Of a stretch of 64,000 nt of DNA, positions 57,015 to 64,000 are shown piece after piece. The translations under genes were made by a program, and so were the position numbers. Within the stretch, counting starts at the first letter, position 1. Each line of letters starts with the position of its first letter. Source of the stretch: Flavobacteriales bacterium (GTDB lineage: Bacteria > Bacteroidota > Bacteroidia > Flavobacteriales_E > Vicingaceae); contig JAPHUD010000031.1 of the NCBI GenBank assembly GCA_026196775.1, forward strand, positions 4,291 to 68,290, given 5' to 3'. The notes beneath the pieces are model-generated. The model searched no databases and had not been told where the DNA came from. It saw only the letters and a program-made list of their open reading frames with translations.

Positions 57015-58175
57015 ATGCCCGAATATCCAGGACTAATAAAATCAAAATTGCCAAAGGTTGGTACTACTATTTTTACTGTAATGAGCAGATTAGCTCAAGA
57101 GCATAATGCTATCAATTTATCACAAGGGTTTCCCGATTTTGGTAGTGATGAAGCTTTACATGATTTAGTAAGAACAGCCATGAAAAACGGACATAACCAA
57201 TATGCTCCTATGGCTGGATTAATGTTGTTGAGAGAACAAATAGCAACTAAAACAGAAGAACTTTATGGGGCTATTTATCATCCCGATACAGAAATTACAG
57301 TGACGGCTGGAGCGACACAAGCCATTTACACAGCTATTACTGCTGTTGTTCATGAAGATGATGAAGTAATTATTTTTACTCCCGCTTATGATTGTTATGA
57401 ACCAGCTATAGAACTCAATGGAGGAAAATCGGTAATTGTTCAAATGCATGCTCCCGATTATAAAATAGATTGGACACATGTTAGGAAATTAATCAATCCT
57501 AAAACAAAAATGATTATTATAAATACACCTCATAACCCAACAGCAACAGTATTTTCTAAAGATGATTTTTTAGCTTTAGAAAAACTTATTGCTAATACTG
57601 ATATTATAGTATTAAGTGATGAAGTATATGAACATATTATTTTTGATGAACACAAACATTATAGTGCATCAATGTTTCCAAAGTTAGCAGAGCGTTCATT
57701 TATCGTTTCTTCATTTGGAAAAACTTTTCATAATACCGGTTGGAAAATGGGTTACTGTATTGCTCCCGAAACATTAATGAGCGAATTTAGAAAAGTACAT
57801 CAATATGTTGTTTTCTCGGTAAATACTCCGGCTCAATTTGCCTTAGCAGAATACCTTAAAAATGAAAGTAATTATTTATCCTTAAGTGCTTTTTATCAAC
57901 AAAAAAGAGATTTTTTCACCTCTGTAATACGAAATTCTAAATTTGAGATTATTCCTTCAAAAGGCACTTATTTTCAGTTGTTAAGCTATAAAAACATTTC
58001 GGATGAAAAAGATACTGATTTTGCAGTAAGACTTACTATAGAGCACAAGTTAGCAGCAATTCCTGTTTCTGTTTTTTACAATCAACACATAGACGAAAAA
58101 ATCTTACGCTTCTGCTTTGCCAAAAACGAGAATACACTTGAAAAAGCTGCTGAAATAATTAACAAAATTGTTTAA
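57015..58175 (+). CDS. Class I/II PLP-dependent aminotransferase (methionine aminotransferase YbdL-like)
   Basis: NLSQGFPDF, NTPHNPT, and the PLP lysine in SSFGKTF. Confidence 0.85.
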   Translation: MPEYPGLIKSKLPKVGTTIFTVMSRLAQEHNAINLSQGFPDFGSDEALHDLVRTAMKNGHNQYAPMAGLMLLREQIATKTEELYGAIYHPDTEITVTAGATQAIYTAITAVVHEDDEVIIFTPAYDCYEPAIELNGGKSVIVQMHAPDYKIDWTHVRKLINPKTKMIIINTPHNPTATVFSKDDFLALEKLIANTDIIVLSDEVYEHIIFDEHKHYSASMFPKLAERSFIVSSFGKTFHNTGWKMGYCIAPETLMSEFRKVHQYVVFSVNTPAQFALAEYLKNESNYLSLSAFYQQKRDFFTSVIRNSKFEIIPSKGTYFQLLSYKNISDEKDTDFAVRLTIEHKLAAIPVSVFYNQHIDEKILRFCFAKNENTLEKAAEIINKIV

Positions 58176-58242
58176 AACTCTTAAATACAAACATTTTATA
58201 ACTACCTTATAATTATTACCTTTCGGGTTTTAAAATTCCAAA

Positions 58243-61200
58243 ATGAAGGTAGTTTTTAAAATAGTTTTATTTGTCATTTTTTACCTTGGAGCAATAACTA
58301 ATACCAGATCTGCTATTGTCATTCCAACAGACACTACTAAAAGTAATCAGCAAATTTATTATTTCATTTCTAACCGAGATGCTGATGATGGAACTTTTAC
58401 CATGTATAAAGCTCGTACAAATCAAAGCGGCATTTCATCAACAATTATTAAAGGAAATTTTGAGGTAAAGGGTTATCCTCACATGAGAAAAGCAGAAATT
58501 TCTGTTTATAATATCTCAACTGATGAGTTAGTTGGTGTTTATAAAACCAATCCTAAAACAGGGAATTATTTGGTAATTCTTATTCCAAATGTAAAATACG
58601 AATTTGTAATCAATACTTATGGCTATGCTCCAATAAAAAAAACTGTTGAAATTCCTGCCTATGCCAGCACCAATATTGTTGATGATGTTTCTAAACAAAA
58701 AATCACCTTAGAAATAGATGAAGAACCTATAAAACACACTTTAAACACTTGGATAATAGAAGAAAAAGAACCTACCCTGTTTTTACTTACTGTTTATGAT
58801 GAAAATCTTGATAAAAAAGAACGCATAGAACTTTATGAGTCTGCTGTTTTTGACGCGGAGGAACTAGGCAGAAGAGAAATTAAAGAACTTCAGTTTGAAA
58901 ACATTGATGAAGCCTTAAAAAAACAAGCTGAGTTAGAAAATAAAAAACCCGAATTGGCTGAAAAAGCTTTTCAAAAGAAAGATTATAAAACAGCCGAGCA
59001 ACTTTATCGTGAGTTATTAGCTTATGATTTAAACGATGCTTTAATCAATTATAAAATGGGGGTTAGTACTTTTCATTTGGAACATAATAAACTTAAAGCA
59101 CTTCCTTTTCTTCAGCGAGCATTAAATGGTAATAACATTCCATACGATGTTCATTATTATTTAGGGATAATTTATCATTCTTGGGCAGATTTTGCCAGAG
59201 CAGAAATTGAATTTATAAAGTTTAAAGAAAAAGCTACTCCTAAAGAACTTCAAACATTTAATATAGATAGATTATTGGAGTTTTGTAATAATGGAAAAAT
59301 TATAGTACAAGAGCAGTATGATATGGAAATCATTTCCAAAACAACTGCCAACATTTCCAAACTAAATAAAGTTTTTCCTGAAGAAATTAATAAAGACAAT
59401 TTACTGGAAAAAACAACTTTTTTCATTTCGCCTATTGACGAAAAAAAGAAAGAACAACTTTGGATGTTTAAAACTGTTCAAAATGAAATGATACAAACAA
59501 GTTATGGCTTAACAGAAAGCAATGGTAAAGACTTATTTGTAAACTTTTTAATTGGTGGAGATAAATGGAGTGTCCCAAAGACTTTAAGTGACCATATAAA
59601 TACGCAATACAACGAAGGTTACGCTTATGTAACTCCTGATGGCAAAACACTTTATTTTGCTTCTGAAGGGCATAATAGTATGGGCGGGTTTGATATTTTT
59701 AAATCCATTAGAAATGAAATTTCCGAACCTTGGGGAAAACCTGTTAATATGGGTTATCCTATCAATTCTCCTTACGATGATTTTATGTTTGTTCCCGCTC
59801 AAAATGGAGAACACGCTTATTTTATATCCAACAGAAGAAATGTTACTGAAAATTATGAGTTGTATAAAATAAAAATGCCCAAACCTCCTTTAACCCTTAC
59901 TATTATTAAAGGTCATTTTATGACTCAAGATTCTATCCCCGATTTTGAAGCCACAATTACCGTTTACAACACAAACAACCAAGAAATAGCGGGCATTTAT
60001 AATACCAATAGTAACAACGGAAATTACCTAATGGCTTTAATTCCAGGAGTAAAATATGAATTTAACATTACTACCAACTTTGATTATAGAGAACATACTG
60101 CTTTTGTAACCATTCCTTTTCAAAACGAGTCTTTCCCGCTAAGGCAAAATATCCGCTTAAAAAAAGAAGGTCGTTTTGAAATACTGAATGTAGATAACTT
60201 TTTCACTCAACAAGAAGCTGAAAATGCACCCGTTTATCAATTGACTAAAAAAGATTTTGATGTTCCAGAAAACAATCAGAACAAACAACAAAACATAACA
60301 GAAAACAAAATAAAAGTGCTTTCAACAGAACAAAAGCAATTATTAAAAGATGCACAACAATTTTATACCAACAAACAATATTTAAAAGCTGCTCAGGCTT
60401 TTGAGAAAGTTGCACCATTAATCGATTTATCAGAAAAACAAGCTTACATGTACGGAAAAAGTCTTTTTTATATCTCTAAAGAGTATGAGAAAATTTTAGG
60501 CTTTTTAGAACATGCTGCAACAAGCAAAGAAATTCCTTACGATGTATTTTATATGTTAGGAAAAACCAACCACTTAGCCTACCGATTTGAAAGAGCTGTT
60601 GTTGCCTATGAAAAATATAAATCTTTAGCTTCGGAAAATGAGTTAGCAGAAAGAGATATTGACAATGAAATTGTATTGAGCAAATTTGGAAAAAACATAG
60701 TAAATAACCCTAAACCGGTTGAAGTGCTTGAAAAGAAAAGTGTAAAAACGGATAATTTTCACACCATTTATGGCTCAGTTAAAACCAACGCAAAATTGTT
60801 GGTAGCTCCAGATGATATGCTTTCGGACATTGATAAAAAAGAAAGTTTTAAACCCATTATGTACCTCAACGAAAACAAAACCATGATTTACTATGCAAGT
60901 TATGGCAATAATAAAGACCATGGAAAAGACATTTATTTAATGAAAAAATTACCCAACAACACGTGGACGACACCTATAAATATTGGAGAAACCATTAATA
61001 CTTCAGGCGATGAAGACTACCCGTTTTTAAGTGAAGATGGCAGAACAATATATTTTAGCTCTACAGCTCATGGAAGTATGGGAGGCTACGATGTGTTTAA
61101 AAGTTCTTGGGATGATAAAACAAATTCTTGGTCAACACCCGTAAATTTGGGAGCACCAATAAATTCGCCATTTGACGATTTATTTTATGTGGAAGAATAG
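58243..61200 (+). CDS. Exported protein built from two tandem modules (CarboxypepD_reg-like + TPR + PD40/TolB-like blades), with no OmpA-like C-terminus
   Basis: Signal peptide. IIKGNFEVKG...NPKTGNYLVILIPNVKYEF parallels IIKGHFMTQD...NSNNGNYLMALIPGVKYEF. VTPDGKTLYFASEGHNSMGGFDIFKS parallels LSEDGRTIYFSSTAHGSMGGYDVFKS. Confidence 0.7.
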   Translation: MKVVFKIVLFVIFYLGAITNTRSAIVIPTDTTKSNQQIYYFISNRDADDGTFTMYKARTNQSGISSTIIKGNFEVKGYPHMRKAEISVYNISTDELVGVYKTNPKTGNYLVILIPNVKYEFVINTYGYAPIKKTVEIPAYASTNIVDDVSKQKITLEIDEEPIKHTLNTWIIEEKEPTLFLLTVYDENLDKKERIELYESAVFDAEELGRREIKELQFENIDEALKKQAELENKKPELAEKAFQKKDYKTAEQLYRELLAYDLNDALINYKMGVSTFHLEHNKLKALPFLQRALNGNNIPYDVHYYLGIIYHSWADFARAEIEFIKFKEKATPKELQTFNIDRLLEFCNNGKIIVQEQYDMEIISKTTANISKLNKVFPEEINKDNLLEKTTFFISPIDEKKKEQLWMFKTVQNEMIQTSYGLTESNGKDLFVNFLIGGDKWSVPKTLSDHINTQYNEGYAYVTPDGKTLYFASEGHNSMGGFDIFKSIRNEISEPWGKPVNMGYPINSPYDDFMFVPAQNGEHAYFISNRRNVTENYELYKIKMPKPPLTLTIIKGHFMTQDSIPDFEATITVYNTNNQEIAGIYNTNSNNGNYLMALIPGVKYEFNITTNFDYREHTAFVTIPFQNESFPLRQNIRLKKEGRFEILNVDNFFTQQEAENAPVYQLTKKDFDVPENNQNKQQNITENKIKVLSTEQKQLLKDAQQFYTNKQYLKAAQAFEKVAPLIDLSEKQAYMYGKSLFYISKEYEKILGFLEHAATSKEIPYDVFYMLGKTNHLAYRFERAVVAYEKYKSLASENELAERDIDNEIVLSKFGKNIVNNPKPVEVLEKKSVKTDNFHTIYGSVKTNAKLLVAPDDMLSDIDKKESFKPIMYLNENKTMIYYASYGNNKDHGKDIYLMKKLPNNTWTTPINIGETINTSGDEDYPFLSEDGRTIYFSSTAHGSMGGYDVFKSSWDDKTNSWSTPVNLGAPINSPFDDLFYVEE

Positions 61201-61210
61201 CCCACCCCAA

Positions 61211-61227
61211 CCCTCCCGAAGGGAGGG
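61211..61227 (+). terminator. GC-only hairpin ccctccc-gaa-gggaggg after the 985-aa gene
   Basis: A perfect 7-bp G/C stem in an AT-rich spacer, preceded by cccaccccaa. Only a weak T-run follows (agtaagtttt). Confidence 0.5.
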
Positions 61228-61256
61228 AGTAAGTTTTAGTCTTAAAAGTAAATAAT

Positions 61257-62057
61257 ATGAATCTTAAAATATCCATTATACAAACAGAATTACACTGGGA
61301 AAACGCAGCTAGCAACTTAGCCATGTTTACCCAAAAAATAGCTGAAGCTAAAAAGCAGGATACTGATATCGTTGTGCTTCCAGAAATGTTTACTACTGGA
61401 TTCACCATGCATTCGGAAAAATTTGCCGAAAAAATGGATGGAGAAACCATATTATGGATGCAAAATCAAGCAAAAGAACACCAAATTGCACTAACTGGTA
61501 GTTTGATTATTCAAGAAAATGACAAGTATTATAATCGCTTATTATGGGTTTTTCCTGATAGAGAAATTAAATATTACGACAAACGCCATTTATTCCGAAT
61601 GGCTGGAGAAAACAATTATTTTTCTCCTGGAAAAGAAAGATTAATTGTTGAATTTAAAGATTGGAAAATTTGTCCTTTGGTTTGCTACGATTTAAGATTT
61701 CCTTCGTGGAGTAGAAACATTAATTTCAACAAAAAAACAAATGAGCCTGTATTCGATTGTTTAATTTATGTCGCTAATTGGCCGCAACCTAGGGTTTCAC
61801 ATTGGGAAAAATTATTAGAAGCTCGTGCTATAGAAAATCAGTGTTATGTTGTTGGTGTAAATAGAATTGGTGAAGATGGTAATAACATTCCTTATTCGGG
61901 AAGTTCGGCAGTTATTGATCCAAAAGGAGAAAAACTGAGCACCACCCAAGCACATCAAGAAAACATTGAAACAATTACTTTAAGTTTTGAAGAAATGAAA
62001 CATTATCGTGAAAAATTTCCAGCTATTCAAGATGCTGATAGTATATCATTTAATTAA
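61257..62057 (+). CDS. Carbon-nitrogen hydrolase (nitrilase superfamily, omega-amidase YafV-like)
   Basis: Glu-Lys-Cys triad contexts VVLPEMF, YDKRHLF and ICPLVCYDLRFP. Confidence 0.88.
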   Translation: MNLKISIIQTELHWENAASNLAMFTQKIAEAKKQDTDIVVLPEMFTTGFTMHSEKFAEKMDGETILWMQNQAKEHQIALTGSLIIQENDKYYNRLLWVFPDREIKYYDKRHLFRMAGENNYFSPGKERLIVEFKDWKICPLVCYDLRFPSWSRNINFNKKTNEPVFDCLIYVANWPQPRVSHWEKLLEARAIENQCYVVGVNRIGEDGNNIPYSGSSAVIDPKGEKLSTTQAHQENIETITLSFEEMKHYREKFPAIQDADSISFN

Positions 62058-62084
62058 TTTTAATATTTTTGCATAAAACTGCTT

Positions 62085-62348
62085 ATGTTTCCAAAAAATA
62101 ATAAACCGTCTGAAGAAAAAAGTGCTCTTAGCGGTATTGTTAGCATAAACGATTTAAAAGAAATGGAGTTTAACGAAAAAGAGTTAACTCCTCAGCAATA
62201 TTTGGCATTAAAAAACTACGATAGGTATAGAGTTCGTCAGTTAAATGCTCAAAAAACAGAAAAAGATTTTCATAAAACTTATCTACAACTTCAAGCTATG
62301 GCCAACCTAACGCCTTTTGAAGATTTTTTGAAAGAAGAGTACTTTTAA
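62085..62348 (+). CDS. Small hypothetical protein (87 aa)
   Basis: ORF with plausible composition and no recognised motif. Its stop overlaps the ppk1 stop (TTAA). Confidence 0.4.
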   Translation: MFPKNNKPSEEKSALSGIVSINDLKEMEFNEKELTPQQYLALKNYDRYRVRQLNAQKTEKDFHKTYLQLQAMANLTPFEDFLKEEYF

Positions 62349-64000
62349 CCCTCTGCTTTATTTTTCAGATATTCATAATAATCAAATTGGGCTCTAATTC
62401 TTTTTTTGGCAGTAGATTTCTTGTATGGATTACTTTGTGTTTTATTTAGTTTTCGGGCTTTTATAGAATCTTGAAGCTGAAGTGAAAGTAGTTTTTTAAT
62501 CTCCATAGCCAATCGTTTGTCATAAATAGGAAAACCAACCTCTACTCGGTAAGTAAGGTTACGTTTCATCCAATCAGCGGAAGCTAAAAATAATTTTTCA
62601 TCACCTCCATTACAAAACCAATAAACTCTTCCATGCTCTAAATAACGGTCGATAATACTTATTACCGTTATGTTTTTACTCATATCCTTAACCCCTGGAA
62701 TTAAACAACAAATACCACGAACAATAATATTAATTTTTACTCCTGCATTGCTAGCTTCATATAATTTATCTATCATTTGCCTGTCTTCCAAACTATTCAT
62801 TTTCAGAATCATTTGTGCTTTTAAGCCTTTTTTTGCATTACTGATTTCATTGTCAATCATCTTATTAAATTGCTCTCGCATATTAAAAGGAGCAACTAAC
62901 AAATGTTTAAACCTTATTGTTTCTTTTTGTCTGTTTATCAAAAAGTGAAAGACCTTGCTTAATTCGTTGGTGAGCTGAGGGTTTTTGGTAAGCAAGGCAT
63001 GGTCGCAATAAATTCTAGAAGTATCTTCATTAAAATTTCCCGTTCCAAAATAAGCATATTTTGCCTTTTTGTTTCCCTCTTTTCGGGTAATTAAAAATAT
63101 TTTTGAATGTACTTTTAGTTCTTCAAAACTATAATGAACATCTACTCCGGCTTCCTTCATTTTGTCTGCCCAATGTAAATTTAATTCTTCATCAAACCGA
63201 GCTTTTACTTCACTAAAAACCATTACTTTTTTACCCTTTTCGGCAGCTTTTATAAGTGCTTGACAAACTTTAGAGTGTTTGGCTACTCGATAAAGTGTAA
63301 TGCTAATTTCTTCTACATTTTCGTCCTCAGCTGCTTCTTCCAGAAAATCGGTGATGTAGCGATAATTTTGATACGGAAAATGAAGAATAAAGTCTTTCTT
63401 AGAAATAGCATCAAAATAAGATTCACTTTTTTCTAATTCAGGATGTTGTAACACATCAAAAACAGGATAAAACAAATTGGCTTTGTTAGGCATGGGAAAT
63501 GCAAAAAAATCATTGAAATTGTGGTATCTACCACCAGGTATTAACTCCCCTTTTTGTAACCCTATGTTTTTTCTTAGTATTTTTTGAAGCTCTTTTGGCA
63601 TGCGTTCGTCATATAAAAACCTAGACGGTGCTCCCACTTTTCTTTTATATAAACTTGCTGATATTTTTTCTTGAATAGTTTCGGCTATTTCTTCTTCTAA
63701 ATAAAGCTCAGCATCACGAGTTAAATTAATTTCATAACACTTTACCCAATCATAATCCGGAAAATGCTGAGGTAAAAACAAACGCATTACATCAGAAAGC
63801 TGAATAATAATTTCTTTATTTTCATCATTAGACAGTTTAATAAAACGTTGAGTCTTTCTAATAGGCACATTAACAATGAAATAATTGTGTTCTAAGGTTT
63901 TTTTATTAATTACATCAATTGCTAAATACAAGCCTTTATTTTTAACAAAAACAGAAGTGTTTTCACTAACTTCTTTAATTTTTAATAAGGGCAGAATGTC
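62345..64000 (-). CDS. ppk1: Polyphosphate kinase 1, C-terminal ~550 codons (gene continues past the right window edge)
   Basis: PLD-like HKD regions (VHSKIFLI, LEHGRVYWF). The track start at 63931 is an internal TTG, and the frame stays open upstream (DILPLLKIKEVSENTSVFVKNKG) to base 64000. Confidence 0.9.
   Translation of the reverse strand, partial: DILPLLKIKEVSENTSVFVKNKGLYLAIDVINKKTLEHNYFIVNVPIRKTQRFIKLSNDENKEIIIQLSDVMRLFLPQHFPDYDWVKCYEINLTRDAELYLEEEIAETIQEKISASLYKRKVGAPSRFLYDERMPKELQKILRKNIGLQKGELIPGGRYHNFNDFFAFPMPNKANLFYPVFDVLQHPELEKSESYFDAISKKDFILHFPYQNYRYITDFLEEAAEDENVEEISITLYRVAKHSKVCQALIKAAEKGKKVMVFSEVKARFDEELNLHWADKMKEAGVDVHYSFEELKVHSKIFLITRKEGNKKAKYAYFGTGNFNEDTSRIYCDHALLTKNPQLTNELSKVFHFLINRQKETIRFKHLLVAPFNMREQFNKMIDNEISNAKKGLKAQMILKMNSLEDRQMIDKLYEASNAGVKINIIVRGICCLIPGVKDMSKNITVISIIDRYLEHGRVYWFCNGGDEKLFLASADWMKRNLTYRVEVGFPIYDKRLAMEIKKLLSLQLQDSIKARKLNKTQSNPYKKSTAKKRIRAQFDYYEYLKNKAEG

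Noticed and set aside
2356-63000. About 45 short (60-117 aa) ORFs nested in or antisense to long genes, e.g. 2356-2550, 3194-3391, 11606-11914, 19595-20034, 25417-25807, 35901-36098, 47098-47620, 59468-59872, 61097-61450 and 62670-62948
   Set aside because: Each overlaps a long ORF that has clear family motifs or a signal peptide. None has a -7 box or a recognisable motif of its own. Stop-poor antisense frames are expected at this base composition.
1-64000. Search for defence systems, toxin-antitoxin pairs, prophage or integrative-element genes, tRNA/rRNA genes and transposases
   Set aside because: No ORF shows nuclease, methyltransferase-restriction, Cas, Abi, TIR/STAND-ATPase, integrase, transposase or phage structural motifs. 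No spacer contains a tRNA-like G+C-rich cloverleaf candidate. The window looks like core chromosome plus surface-protein loci, so no such feature is claimed.

Overview
AT-rich segment (about one-third G+C by eye) from a Bacteroidota chromosome. The phylum call rests on three proteins with type-A T9SS C-terminal sorting domains, a CarboxypepD_reg-type TonB-dependent receptor, and TAnnTTTG -7 promoter boxes upstream of many genes. I can support 47 protein-coding genes. Two are cut by the window edges: an AsmA-like gene on the left and ppk1 on the right, both absent or truncated in the ORF track. About half are housekeeping: secG, lysC-lysA, rnr, lipB, rlmB, rsmA, a DEAD-box helicase, an aminotransferase, a C-N hydrolase, ppk1, and SCO/TlpA redox proteins. 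The rest are envelope or surface genes. I found no rRNA, tRNA, CRISPR array, transposase, integrase, or recognisable defence, toxin or restriction gene, so I do not claim any mobile element. The best candidates for something undescribed are: (1) a compact seven-gene operon (8806-14408, minus strand) made only of signal-peptide proteins I cannot assign to any family, with its own -7 box, an internal hairpin after the first gene and a clean terminator, next to a propeller lipoprotein and a LytS/LytTR two-component system; (2) an exported WD40 + caspase-like (peptidase C14) fusion with an intact His/Cys dyad (32747-35062); (3) a very tightly packed block joining T9SS cargo, a lipoprotein/OMP pair and lipid head-group enzymes (35924-45355); (4) a 170-nt intergenic element closed by a 16-bp helix whose only non-Watson-Crick pairs are G-U on the + strand (1956-2125). 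All functional calls come from motif recognition by eye. No database search was run.
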